From contig OZ024760.1 in the NCBI GenBank assembly GCA_964016885.1, positions 11,656,001-11,720,000 of the forward strand: a stretch of 64,000 bases of DNA, given 5' to 3'. Every line of letters begins with the position of its first letter. The first letter of the stretch is position 1. Origin of the DNA: Eledone cirrhosa (Eukaryota). The notes under the pieces were generated by a model that was not told where the DNA came from, searched no databases, and saw only the letters and a list, made by a program, of their open reading frames with translations. Shown in pieces: positions 27,105 through 40,364 of the stretch. A program made the translations under genes and the position numbers.

Positions 27105-30100
27105 AATTATTGTGTACAGTGCTCAGATGCACTACAACTCATCAAAGGTGCATGTATAGTACATAGAATAATGTACAAATGTCAGGAAAGTGAACAGTGT
27201 ACGAGTCATGAAATACATGTGTGCGTGTATATGGAGGGGGGACATCAGGTGGAGTGTTGGCAAATCTCAGGAAGCATGAAGGTTTTAAAGGATGCAGCGT
27301 CCCAACAGCTAACAACTGATGCAGGTAGTTTTTTCCATGCTTCAGCAACTCTGAGCGTGAAAAAATGTTTCTGAAAGTCATGGGAGCTGTGCTGTTTTCT
27401 GACTTTGTAGGCATGTCTACGGGTGTTAGACATATGGAAATCAAAATGGTGTTCAGGGTTGTTGGCAAGATGGTTAATAATTTTGAGGGTGTCTACCAAG
27501 TCAGTTGCCAGACGTCGGAGCTTCAATGTATCCATGCCCAGGGAAGTAAGGCGTTCAGAGTATGGTAGATGCCTGATGGAGGGTATTCGCTTGGTTGCAT
27601 GTCTCTGAACAGTTTCCAGGAGGTCAATGTTCTGAGCAAGATAGGGGTTCTAGACTGGTGATGCAAATTCTAAGTGTGGCCGCACCATAGCTGAATACAG
27701 CTTTAAATAGATAGCTGGAGAGCAGCTAACAAAGGTCTTGCTGAGTGATGCTAAGACACCCTCGGCCTTCTTGACAATTTTAGAGATGTGCTTCATCCAA
27801 CGCAAATCGCTGCTGACCGTAATGCCCAGGTCACATTCACAAGATGACTTCTTGATATTAGTGTTGTGGAGGGAGTATGTGGACGCTGGGTTTTTCCTCC
27901 CAAAATGCATGGTGGTACACTTGTTCACAGCCAGCTTGAGTTGCCAGTCCGTAATGCATTGTGTCCAGGTCTGATTGCAGGAAAGATCTATAGTGTTCAG
28001 GATCTGTCCTTTTTATCTTAAGGTACAGCTTGATGTCATCTGCATATTTCAGTACTGTGACATTCTTTAAGTTGGCATATATGTCATTAATATATGCCAC
28101 AAACAAAAGGGGACCAAGAACAGATCCCTGTGGTACACCAGATGACATCTCATACGGTGAGGAATGCTGTCCTAGAACTGTGACTACCTCTCTTCAACTG
28201 AGAATGAAAGACTTCAACCAGTTAAAAAGATTATCCTTCACATCCATTGCAGAGAGTTTTGCCATAAGTCTTTATTGTGGCACAGAATTAAAAACTTTAG
28301 CAAAGTCAAGGTAAACATCCACTCATGAGCCACTGTCAGTGACCCGGGTGATATCAAGAAACTCGATAAGTTGATCACAGCAGCTGGAGTTAGGGATAAA
28401 TCCAAATTGCGAGGGCTGGATAAGACAGAGTTCCAGAAGTTCCAAAAGTTCCAAAGTGTTTCTCTGACACAGGATTCCATCAGTTTGACAATGTAACTAG
28501 TAAGACTGACTGGACGATAGTTGACAGGTGTTGTGCGGTCACCCTGTAGCAAGCTACTTTCCTTTGGCGCATTGAAACCCTGTCGTAAAGAGCAAAGAAG
28601 AAGTTCAAGGTGGTTAAGAGTCATCGTAGCAAAGAAGAAGTTCAAGGTGGTTGAGTCATCGTAGGAATGTCAATCCAGTTACAGAGCAGGTGTGATTTCA
28701 GATGAGGACAACATCTGAAGATCTCGGTCTAAATTTTTCTAAATTTTTCAGTGGTAGACAAAGAACAATTCTTTATGCTCCTTTGGTATTCCCTTGAATG
28801 GTCTAAAATAGACCAATCGATAGAGTACGGGATGTTATTATCTTTGAATTCCCACATTTTTATATGTGAGTATGTATGCATATGTGTATATATATGTGTG
28901 TATGTATGTGTGTGTGTGTATGTGTATATATATGTATATATATATATAATACCATTGAAAAAACATTCCAGAAAAATCCTTTTTTAGACCAAGGCTACAG
29001 GACCCATGACACCCGGTGGCACAAACCGATTTTGAAAAACCGAAAATAATCAACCTTTCAAATACAAACCTCTCAGCCCAACAAGTAAAAATGTTCTCCA
29101 AAGGACTGAAATTCACACCAACACCACAATACTCTAACCTCAATGAGATAAATGATGATATCTCACACTTCTGTAGAAAATTATGTCACACAGAGGAATT
29201 CTTTGACAAGGAGAATAACGACCAATCAATTGTACGGAAAAAAGCAGCTACAACCCAACAAAGGGTAGAAACAGAGTTCTGGACAAATTTTGTGACCACA
29301 TAGCCACTTTCCCATACCATGAACTACCGCAACTTAAACCCAAACCTAACACGAGTCGAAGGGAATGGGAGATTATCCATGAACTAAATAACAATACGGA
29401 CATTGTAATTAAGGAAGCGGACAAGGGAAGTACTGTTGTCATTATGGATGCTGAAAAATATAAAAATTCTATGCTCTCTCTCTCTTACAAAATACTAATT
29501 ACTATAAAAGAGTAAAAAACTACCAGCAATCAAAAACAATGACCAGATTAAACACACTGATTTGTCGATACCAGGAAGACTTAACTAAAATTGTGAATAC
29601 AAAACCAGCAACCTTTACGGACTTCCGAAGATCCACAAGTGTAAAATAATTAACGATGCCTGTAAACAATCGATCTCAGCCTGCGTGAACACACAATACC
29701 CCACAGACCTTAAATTAAGACCAATTGTAGGGGGCCCACAATGTGAAACACACAGACTGAGCAACTTTATAGACATATTACTAAAACCAATTCTCAAACA
29801 CATACCAAGCCTTCTAAGAGACGATCTGGACCTCTTAAACCACCTCCCCAAACATGCTAACAACGATACTATTATTGTCTTTCGATGTAGTGAATCTCTA
29901 CACAACGATCCCACAAACAATAGGATTCTGGCTAGAGAAATATCCCAATAAGATACCTATATATATATATATAGTGACGAAACATAAGTCAATTGCATGA
30001 ACTCATAATCCTTTATTTACTGCTATATATATTTCGATGATAACCAGTGAATGGCTATGACCTCATCAGGCAGTTAGTTCTTAGATATGCCAGCTCTGTG

Positions 30101-31360
30101 TTTATAGTGTTGATGGTATCAGAGCCTTGGGACATATGAGCTTGTTAGGAATAATTTAATGTTGTCAGCAGGAATATAGTCTTGATATTGGTCAGTTTGT
30201 AGATGGTAGTAGGGTTGGTATTTGACCTCATAGGGGCAGGTGGTGTTGTAAAGTTCAAACCGTCAGGCAAGATGACAATAGTGCCATATGACTGATTTTC
30301 ACAAAAGGCATTCCTGGTCAGATATATATTCAATTAAGGTTAATAGTATGAAATAGATACTACAGGTCATTCTTAAATTGAGGAATTTATGTGGAGTGGT
30401 GCTACTGAAATTTATGGTTGGAGTAGAAAATTTACAAATAAAAAGACTTATGTAGATTGGCTTGCACTACACTCACACCCACCTCCACAGACACACACAC
30501 ACATCCACACATACAAAATGTGGGGTGGTAATACTTAATATAATGGTTAGAGTCAAATACTTAGATAGTTTAGAAAATTTAGAAATAAAAGGTTTATGCT
30601 GGTTCACTTGTACATACACTCACACCTACCCCCTCAGACACTCACAGATCTACACACACAAATCCATACAGATGTGTATATATATATATGTATGCATGGA
30701 TGTATGCACAAGCATACATACATATATATATATATATAGAAGGATTTTAATGGATACAGTTTAGTTAAAAGGAATTTATTGACACGTGTTTCTATAACAG
30801 TTACATAACCTGAAAACAACTGCTATCTACAAAGTATTAGTTATGCAGACATTCAATATTTCAATGTTATTATCAACTGTCATTTCATCGGAATAATTTT
30901 ACTGGGGACCTGTTTGGTTTTTATAGAGAATATTAGGAGGGAGGGGTGAAGTTGTTAGAAGAATAGTTGAGGGAGTGGTTTTTTGATAGCAGTGAGAATT
31001 TTTGGTGGCAGTGAGTAATTAGATTCCCATCTGTTGTTTTGACATTTTTATAGAATATATTATTGGTTATTTTTCTAAATCTATAGAAGGATTAGAGATA
31101 GTAAAGATATGCGTGGTTGGTTTTGTGTTTGCACTTAATTAACATTCAGACTTAAATTTTTCTTTCAAGTGTACGTATCCTTTCGCCCATGCATTCACAC
31201 ACAAACATATATGCACACCTCTACAAAATACATATACTCACATACACATACTTACATGCTCATACTTACATACATATACACATGCATACATATATATATA
31301 CACATATATACATGTACATACATACGCGTTCATGTGTATACATTTTCATACTCAACTTAT

Positions 31361-31449
<89 letters not shown>

Positions 31450-31801
31450 ATGTAATAAACAACATAAGGCAATTATTCCATTTACCAGTGGTTTCTTAAA
31501 AGCAAAAGGTTTTGCTTTCAATCCTCAGAATGAAAAAATCCTGGTTTGTTTATTGAATTTGGATTTTAAAAAACAAAAATTGCAATCTATATGAAAGTGA
31601 GGCTGGAGAAGGGAGAAGGAAAGGAAAAATAAAATAAAACTACACATTCAAACACACACACAAAAACACAAAAGCATATTTACACACACATACATATATA
31701 CATATATATATGTACGCATACATATATACATATACACATATATATAAAACGTACACTTACATACACATACACATATATACACATATACACATACATGCAT
31801 T

Positions 31802-31833
<32 letters not shown>

Positions 31834-32024
31834 CACACATACATACACATACACATGTGTGTGTACAAGCATACACATACACAAACATAGCCATACACAC
31901 ACACATATACATACATACATTCACACAAACATACATAACGTACATACATACATACACAAACACGCACACGTATACAATATATACACACACACATGTATAT
32001 GTAATTATATACACACACACACAC

Positions 32025-32058
<34 letters not shown>

Positions 32059-32187
32059 AAAAAATATAAACGCACGCACACACACACACACACATATACG
32101 TATACATACACACACATATACATACATAGCTAAACAATTATACACATGCAAATACGTATATGTCATAAACACGCACAACCAAATACA

Positions 32188-32219
<32 letters not shown>

Positions 32220-32499
32220 TACATACACACACACGTACATATACACATATGCATACACATACACACACACATACATGTGTGTATGTGTAAAACTCAGTCT
32301 TAGATAATTCAAATGAACCTTACATAAACGTATATATAGTAGTAAAGTAATAAAGCAACATAAGTCAATTATTCCATTCACCAGTGGTTTCTTAAAAGGA
32401 AAAAATTTTTCCTTCAATCTTCAGAATGAAAAAAACCTGGTTTATCCACATATACATACATATACACACACAAATATACATATATATACACATACACAT

Positions 32500-32572
<73 letters not shown>

Positions 32573-33318
32573 CACAAATATACATACACATACACATAGG
32601 TATGTGAAGGGCAAAACAAAAAGAATATATGGGGGGGGGGGGGGGGGACACATAAGAGGAGGTAAAATATAAGGGGGGGTAAGGGAGAAAAAAATTAGTA
32701 AATATACAAGAGTACAGAACGTAGAATCAGCAAAATAAAAACCGTAGCAGAAGTAAAGAGCAGGAAAGGAGTTCAAGGCGGTTGATTTATCATAGGAGTG
32801 TCAATCCAGTTACAGATCAGATGCGATTTCAGATGAGGACAGCATCTGAAGATCTCAGTCTTTGAGTTAAGGCAAGCGGAAGTGGCTCTCAAGTTTAGCA
32901 AAATCCTATACTTTTCTGTGGTACACAAAGAACAATTCTTTGTGCCCCTTTGGTACTCCCTCGAATGGTCTAATATAGACCAATCAATAGAGTACGGGAT
33001 GTTACTATCCTTGAGATCCCATACCTTACTTGCGAGGGCCGTTGATGTTCGTTTATCGGAGTGCAGTGCTTAAAAGAAGCGACATGTGAGTAAAATCTGG
33101 TTTTAAACCTGTCCTGGGTCATACCGACATATCGCTCACTCCTGGCTGGCTGGTTGTTGATTACTGGTGTTATCTTAACCTCATAAACGACAGATTTGGT
33201 GTTACATTTACCCTGCAATGGGCATTCATATATATATATATATTTTATATAATAATCATATATATATATATATATTTTATATCATAATCATATATATATA
33301 TATATATTTTATATCATA

Positions 33319-33358
<40 letters not shown>

Positions 33359-33532
33359 ATATATATATGTATGTGTATTTTATATATATATATATATGTA
33401 TGTTTTATGTGTGTATTTTATGTATATATATTTTTTTTTATATTTTTGTATGTATATATTTTATACATATATATGTTCTGTGTATATATATATATATATA
33501 TAAAATATATATATATATATACAGAACATACA

Positions 33533-33595
<63 letters not shown>

Positions 33596-33618
33596 TATAT
33601 ATATACACAGAACATACA

Positions 33619-33681
<63 letters not shown>

Positions 33682-33703
33682 TATATATATACACAGAACA
33701 TAC

Positions 33704-33751
<48 letters not shown>

Positions 33752-35633
33752 CACATACATATATATATAAAATATATACATACATATACATACATATATA
33801 TAAAATACACACATATACACACATAAAATACACATATATATACACATGATATACACATACATATATATATAAAATCAGGTTCAATAAAACGTGGTTTAGA
33901 TGACTCCTAACCAGTAGAGGATCCGGTGGACCATCCACCATAGGGACCACAAACTATGGGTGGTTGTTGTTGTCCATTGGTCATTGGTACGGGGTGTAGG
34001 GGACCTACAGGGGGGGGGGCTTGTAACCGGGGTTTATCCATATAGCTTGAGGAAAGTTCCCGTCCTTAGGTGTCTGCAGGCACCGAATAAGTCGGCCCTT
34101 CTGTTTAATAGCTTGGTTCCGCCATGAAGAATCTCGAGTGTCTCACTAAGACAGAGGTTGCAAATACCCGACCCGCCTCTGTCTGGGGGGAACCTTTCTA
34201 ACCACGGACCAGACCAGAGAGTGCGGGGTCTTTCCAAGTGTGAGCTTCCAGATCAATTCAGAAAGGGCCCTACATTTCCTCGGCGGAATAATGGTAACTA
34301 TATATATATATATTTATTAAAATAACAGATTAAAGTTTAAGCAAAGAATCGCTGCTTTCACCCTTAACGGGATCTTCTGAAACTAACAAAGTCAATCTGT
34401 AAACGCAGAAGTGGATATTTCAAAAAACGTTGCAACCGGAGGAAGACAGGAAGACGATACTTTGGTTCGTGGTAACGTTCGCTGGCAAAGAACGGGAAAA
34501 AACGAATATAATACGTCATTAATGGGAGCGGTGAAAAACATTTACGCGCAAAGACAGAACCACGTTTATGGTATAAAAGAGGTCGTAGACTAATGTTCTC
34601 TTAGGTGGTGCATAGAGACGTTCTCTGGCAATGAATGAAAAAACGAAGATAATACGTCATATGTGGAGCGTAGAGAACAATAGCACGCAAAGACAAAACC
34701 ACGTAAATGGTATAGCAGAAGTCGTAGACTAAAATTCTAACTAGGAGACCAAATGAATCTCCGCTACAGAGTTAAGAACAAAGTAAATAAATACAATACA
34801 GAAGTAATAGAAATAAATAAATACATACACGCAAACAAATACGTACATACACAAGCATACGCAAAACCTTACCATAGGTATACAAAACCACGCACATAAA
34901 CGTATATAAATAAATAAATACGTATATAACAAGCGCACATTGGATTTTAGTCTTCAAATTTATTATTATTACTATATATATATATATATATAGTTTTAAT
35001 ATAGATGAGATTCTACAGGACTAGAACTGTTTCATTCTTTAGAAATCATCAGGAATCTGGGTATCAAAAAATAAATATGGTATTTATAGGTCTCTTCAGG
35101 TGGTAGGAGAGGGTAGGGAGTGGGATGCGTGTAGGTCATTGGTTGATAGAAAAGGGAATTCATTAAAAGCTAATTCTTCAAAGCTATAGTTTATTTTTAG
35201 AGTAACAAAGGCAGAAAGAATTCTATAAACAAGTTCTAATGAATTCCCTTTTCTATCAACCAATGACCTACACCCATCCCACTCCCTACCCTCTCCTACC
35301 ACCTGAAGAGACCTATAAATACCATACTTATTTTTTGATACCCAGATTCCTGATGATTTCTAAAGAATGAAACAGTTCTAGTCCTGTAGAATCTCATCTA
35401 TATTAAAACTTTTATACTCTGCAATGTATTGAGTACCTTACTTACTGCGGTTACCTCCACCTCAACCTGGAACAACGTATATATATATATAATATAAGAT
35501 CAAAAGATGGTTAAAGGAGTTCCATATATTTTATTATGCGCATTTCAAAAACAAACATCATCAAGCAATAATATTTGTGTTTTCTTATCCGATATCTGCA
35601 TTGCTTTATTGTACTACAATAAAACTCACCTCC

Positions 35634-35664
<31 letters not shown>

Positions 35665-35902
35665 ACCATTATTCCGCCGAGGTTAACTTTGCCTTTCATC
35701 CTTACGGGGTTCGATAAAATAAAGTACCAGTAAGGCACTAGGATAATTGCTGGCCTTGTGCCAAAAGTAGAGATAAATAATTATTACATGGCCAAGCAAC
35801 AACAGAAATAGACTTACCGATGCGAAACATTCTCACAGAACGAATTAAAAGCTGCTTTCCTGAAGCTATGTCTTTAACAAACAACATTGATTCCCGTGTC
35901 AT
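25647..35902 (-). CDS. Alpha-1,2-fucosyltransferase (GT11, FUT1/FUT2-like), type II membrane protein, ~344 aa
   Basis: Catalytic exon 26596-25647 with GT11 motifs [17 protein letters not shown] and [25 protein letters not shown], plus a hydrophobic anchor [17 protein letters not shown]. It follows the acceptor ttttcttttttcag. Upstream exon 35944-35818 (tgtag acceptor, G|gtaagt donor) splices in phase (G|CA=Ala). Start codon at 35902, 35887 or 35830. Confidence 0.9.
27074..28560 (-). mobile_element. CR1-clade LINE, 5'-truncated (in the fucosyltransferase intron)
   Basis: [54 protein letters not shown]; (ATT)n tail at 27074-27102. Short copies of the same 3' end at 36411-36620. Confidence 0.9.
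28640..28860 (-). mobile_element. PLE GIY-YIG C-terminal fragment (second copy of the 32770 family)
   Basis: High nucleotide similarity to 32770-33020; encodes [24 protein letters not shown]...EIFRCCPH. Confidence 0.7.
28950..29957 (+). mobile_element. Penelope-like element reverse transcriptase N-terminal fragment (Naiad/Neptune-like), TA-flanked
   Basis: [10 protein letters not shown]...[72 protein letters not shown] across frameshifts; (TA)n at both ends. Confidence 0.85.
30019..30074 (-). ncRNA. Minimal type I hammerhead ribozyme motif at the 3' end of a PLE-like fragment
   Basis: Minus strand: actgc CTGATGA ggtcatagcc[attcact]ggttatcatc GAAA tatata TA gcagt. It lies downstream of a minus-strand LPDGLN motif (~30255), typical of PLE GIY-YIG C-termini. 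Confidence 0.7.
31479..31532 (-). ncRNA. Minimal type I hammerhead ribozyme motif (pLTR copy 2)
   Basis: Minus strand: catt CTGAGGA ttgaaagcaaaa[cc]ttttgcttttaa GAAA ccactgg TA aatg. Confidence 0.7.
32375..32428 (-). ncRNA. Hammerhead ribozyme motif (pLTR copy 1; GUG at the cleavage site, probably inactive)
   Basis: Minus strand: catt CTGAAGA ttgaaggaaaa[att]ttttccttttaa GAAA ccactgg TG aatg. Confidence 0.6.
32770..33228 (-). mobile_element. Penelope-like element GIY-YIG endonuclease fragment (Nematis-like)
   Basis: [18 protein letters not shown]...[22 protein letters not shown], then after a frameshift [17 protein letters not shown]...[12 protein letters not shown]...[13 protein letters not shown]; 5' end abuts (TA)n. 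Confidence 0.85.
34030..34300 (-). mobile_element. Degenerate PLE GIY-YIG C-terminal fragment
   Basis: [12 protein letters not shown]...[14 protein letters not shown] resembles the CNLCL.EK..I...LN.R.EL...CRH terminus of this PLE group. Confidence 0.65.
34992..35478 (+). mobile_element. (TA)n-embedded fold-back element: 174-bp inverted arms plus ~68-bp tail
   Basis: Arms 34992-35165 and 35237-35410 (about 2 mismatches by eye), tail 35411-35478, TA tracts on both sides. Confidence 0.8.
35344..35394 (+). ncRNA. Minimal type I hammerhead ribozyme motif (mirror copy at 35008-35058 on -)
   Basis: agattc CTGATGA t-ttc[taaa]gaa-t GAAA cag[ttctagtc]ctg TA gaatct. 6-bp stem I, GUA site, U-U at the base of stem II. 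Confidence 0.7.
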
Positions 35903-36680
35903 GATAACAGTAATAACAATGGTACCAGATGCTGCCAATGAAGTCTACAGAGACAAATGAGTCCGTTAAACAGACCTAATCCTTCACTTCTGCCATATAG
36001 CTTCTGATTCCCATTAGATATTTCCAAACGATGATAGTAGGACACCATCGTAATGTTATAGTTTTAACACCTCACACATCCTCTCTCTCCCATCTTACTA
36101 CTTCAACTACATACCACATTCACTTTCTCTCTCTCTCTCTCTCATCCTCTTACTACTACTACTACTACTACTACATACACCACACACACACTCTCAAACT
36201 CTCTCTCTTCATCTTACTCCATCAACTACATACCACACTCACTCTCTCTCTTTCATCCTCTTACTACTACAACTACATATCTCTCTCTCACTTTCTCTTT
36301 CTCTCTCTCTCTCTTTTACTCTCTTACTACTTCAACTACATAATCTCTTACTACTTCAACTACATAACACAACACACACACTCTCTCTCTCTCTTTATCT
36401 TACTCCTACATTGCCCTATGTACAGGCACTTTTTTGATGAGTTGTGGTGCACCTGGGCACTGTACACAATATTTCATTATTGTTATTGTTATTATATCAT
36501 GACTCATACACTTCATTTTCCTGACATTTGTACATTATTCTATGTACTATACATGCACCTTTGATGAGTTGTAGTGCACCTGAGCACTGTACACAATAAT
36601 TTCATTATTATTATTATTATACCACACACTCACTCTCTCTCTCTCTCTCTTACCCTCTTACTACTACAACTATACAACTA

Positions 36681-36758
<78 letters not shown>

Positions 36759-36786
36759 ACCCTCTTACTACTTATATATATAGGAG

Positions 36787-38520
36787 AATAAATGGGAGAA
36801 AGACAGTCTCCCCCACATCGACCCAATAGAGGGACCAGCAGTGTTAGTCGAGGGGAGTATAATAAGTAAGGCAATCAAGGATATGAAGACGGGTAAGGCG
36901 GCTGGGCCTTCGGAAATAGTTGCTGAGATGCTGAAGGCATCTGGCACGGTGGGACACACCATGGTCACCCGGATAGTTAACCAAGTCGTACAGAATGGGG
37001 TTGTTCCGAAGAACTGGCATAGCAGCATCATCGTTAACTGTTATAAGGGTAAAGGAGATGCCCTAGATAGGAGTAACTATAGAGGCATTAAACTAATCGA
37101 CCAGGTCATGAAGGTCACGGAAAAAGTAATAGCGCAACTAATCAGAGAGAGAATTGACCTAGATGAAATGCAGTTCGGGTTTGTGTCAGGCAAAAGTACC
37201 ACAGACGCTCTTTTCATTGTACGACAACTACAGGAGAAGTACCTAGCTAAAGGTAAACCCCTCTACTTAGCTTTTGTTGACTTGGAGAAAGCCTTCGACA
37301 GAGTCCCCCGTTCCATTATCTGGCGGGCTCTTAGAAAACTAGGTGTTGACGAATGGCTTGTGAGAGCTATACAAGCTATGTATAAAGAAACAGTCAGCAA
37401 GGTTAGAATTAACAACGAATATAGTGAAGAGTTTAGCGTAAAAGTTGGCGTCCATCAGGGCTCTGTTCTCAGCCCCCTACTATTTATTATTGCCCTTCAG
37501 GCTATAACAGAGGAGTTCAAGACCGGCTGCCCATGGGAACTCCTATACGCAGACGACCTGACACTCATAGCTGAATCAATGGCCGAGCTAGAGAAGAAAT
37601 TTCAAACATGGAAGCACGGCCTAGAATCAAAAGGCCTTAAAATTAACCTGGCTAAGACTAAAGTTCTAGTTTGTAGGAAAGAAAATAAGGCGGCGGTCCC
37701 TTTGGGAAATGGCCATGCTCAGTGTGTAGGAAAGGCATAGGCAGAAACTCCATTTTATGTCCCAAATGCAAAGTATGGGTGCATAAAAGATGTAGTGGAA
37801 TCACAGGTAAGCTAACTAAGAACATAGATTTTACATGTGGTCGGTGCTCTGGTGCAATAAGTAGCATCAAGTGCCCACAAAATACTAGCTCTTACAACTG
37901 CGCAGAGGGCTCTATAGAAATAGTGGACAGCTTCCGTTACCTGGGTGACAAAATCAGCAGTGGGGGAGGGTGCTCTGAAAGTACAGTAGCTAGAGTCAGA
38001 ACTGGATGGAAAAAGTTCAGAGAGCTTATACCACTATTAGCTGCTAAAGGGGTCTCCCTAAAAATGAAAGGCAGGTTGTATGATGCCTGCATACGAACAG
38101 TAATGTTGCATGGCAGTGAGACCTGGGCATTGTGTGCAGAGGATATACGCAGACTAGAGAGGAACGAAGCTTGCATGCTCCGCTGGATGTGTAACAGTAA
38201 TATACGTGAACGGCAAAGCAGAAACGAACTAAGGAAAAAATTAGAAATAAGAGGGATCAGATGTTGTTTACTCGAGAGAAGGCTACGTTGGTATGGACAC
38301 GTGATGCGCATGAAAGTCGATAGCTGTATAACAAAGTGCAGGGCAATAAAGATAGACGGTAGCCACGGAATAGGCAGACCTAGAAAAACCTGGGACGAGC
38401 TGATAAACTCCGACCTCACACACTTACACCTCTCCAAGACAATGTCACTGGACCGAGACCTTTGGCGGTACTCAGTAACAGAGAAGACCCGCCTTACCTA
38501 AATACATAGTAAAACCTACT
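36787..38520 (+). mobile_element. RTE (RTE-X-like) LINE, 5'-truncated, nearly intact RT and C-terminus
   Basis: ORFs 36841-37740 and 37722-38501 joined by one frameshift: GKAAGPSEIVAEML, FVDLEKAFD, GVHQGSVLSPLLF, LYADD, Cys-rich insert, RWYGHVMRM, GRPRKTW. Confidence 0.93.
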
Positions 38521-38579
38521 ACAGCCAGTAGGCATCTCTAACAAAATACACCCCCACCCCATCCACACCACCCCCTTCT

Positions 38580-38880
38580 ATGTAAAGTTATGTTGGTGCC
38601 ACGCCATCCAGGCCGAAACAAATGAGATCGTGTAGGTGTCACGACAAAAAAACACAGTCCACGCTGTAATGTGGCCGTGTAGGCAACACGGTAAAAACCT
38701 CCCAGACCCACACTGTAAATGTGGTTGGTGTTAGGAAGGGCATCCAACTGTAGAAAACCTGCCAGACAGTCCTATGCGAGCAAGACAATCACTCTTGCCT
38801 CAAGTGGGAATACCCCCGTCCAAACCCATGCAAGCGTGGAACACGGACGTTAAACGTTGATGATGATGATGATGATGATA
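38580..38880 (+). mobile_element. SINE family 2-related 3' module with (GAT)n tail
   Basis: gttggtgttaggaagggcatcca.ctgtagaaaacc...catgcaagcgtggaacacggacgttaaacg(atg)n. Similar copies at 22450-22720, 50140-50335, 52245-52450, 52735-52990 and 58005-58250. Confidence 0.7.
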
Positions 38881-39294
38881 TGTATGTGTGTGTATATATG
38901 TATATGTGTGTGTGTATGTATATGTGTATGCGTATGTATGTGTTTATGTATTTGTATATGTATATTTATGTATGAGAGTGTGTATTTATCTTTACGTATG
39001 TTGTGTACGTGCATTTGTGTGTATTGCTTACCACGTGTGTTTGTTCATTTATTTGTTGCCTGTATCGCTGTCAACACTATAATAATCTTTATATAATAAT
39101 CTTTATATTCATTTTTATTATTTTTTTATTATTATATATTTTTTCTTATATTTATTTGTGTGTGAGTATGTAGGTGTGTGTATATATTTCTATATTTGTT
39201 CATGCGTATGTATACGTGTATATATGTGTGTATGTATGTGTCTGTATGTACGTATGATTGTGTGTATGTATATGTATATGTATGTGTATGTATG

Positions 39295-39327
<33 letters not shown>

Positions 39328-39366
39328 ATATATATGTATCTGTGTGTATGTATGTATATTTATGTT

Positions 39367-39404
<38 letters not shown>

Positions 39405-40061
39405 TGTATATGTGTGTGTGTGTGTGTGTATGCACGTTTGTGTATTTGTATGTATTAAGTAAATGTTTACACTTTACTCACCAATATTGAGTACTCATTC
39501 AGTTAATGTTTTTATTAAATTAGCACTCCGTTACACACACATATATAGGTATGTGTATATATATATAAATATATATATGTGTGTGTGTATCTATGTGTAT
39601 GTGTAGAAATAAATATAAATGTATAAATATTATGTGTGTATATATATATATATACGAAACTACAGCTAAGAAAAAGTTAATAGAACTATCAGTCGCGTCA
39701 AAATTCAAAAGAATCTCTTCGGAGTAACTTATGTTAACTTTTCTGTTTTTAGCTTACTGATAAACAGCATATATATTTCTAAACTGATAAACAGCATATA
39801 TATATATATACACTATACATGCATACCTGTATAGCTGGTGAGGAAAATTAAATAGTAAGTGTATTAATTTTCGTTATTTTTCTCTGATATTGGCTTAATA
39901 AACGCGAGATGATCAATTATAGAATTTTACAGCCTGTGAGAAAAGAAATATGTTGCTTTTTATTAGTATATAAATTATTATTAGTATATAAATTATTAGT
40001 ATATAAATTATTGGATTTTTATTATCATATAACACTATATAAGGTTATATATATATATATA

Positions 40062-40364
40062 TAAGATCAAAAGATGGTTAAAGGAGTTCCATGTATTTTA
40101 TTATGCGCATTTCAAAAACAAACATCATCATGCAATAATATTTGTGTTTTCATCAGGTAAAACAGGAGGACATGATATGAAGGCTAAAAAACACTTGTGG
40201 ATAGTGCAGTTTTAAATCAACTGCACTATCCATAAGTGATTTTTAGCCTTCATATCATGTCCTCCTGTTTTATCTGATGAAAACACAAATATTATTGCAT
40301 GATGATGTTTGTTTTTGAAATGCGCATAATAAAATACATGGAACTCCTTTAACCATCTTTTGAT

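Noticed and set aside
31169-33950. Many Y/I/V/C/H/T-rich ORFs (also 38857-39708 and 51364-51659)
   Set aside because: Translations of (TA)n/(CA)n microsatellites.
34355-34385. HHR-like motif on the minus strand (CAGAAGA tccc gttaa gggt GAAAG), and another near 50385-50425
   Set aside because: Core and cleavage-site substitutions and poor stem I; probably decayed copies, so not called.
39820-39950. Possible non-coding first exon of the fucosyltransferase (minus-strand CAG|GTATGC donor at ~39827)
   Set aside because: Only a splice-site-like motif; needs transcript evidence.
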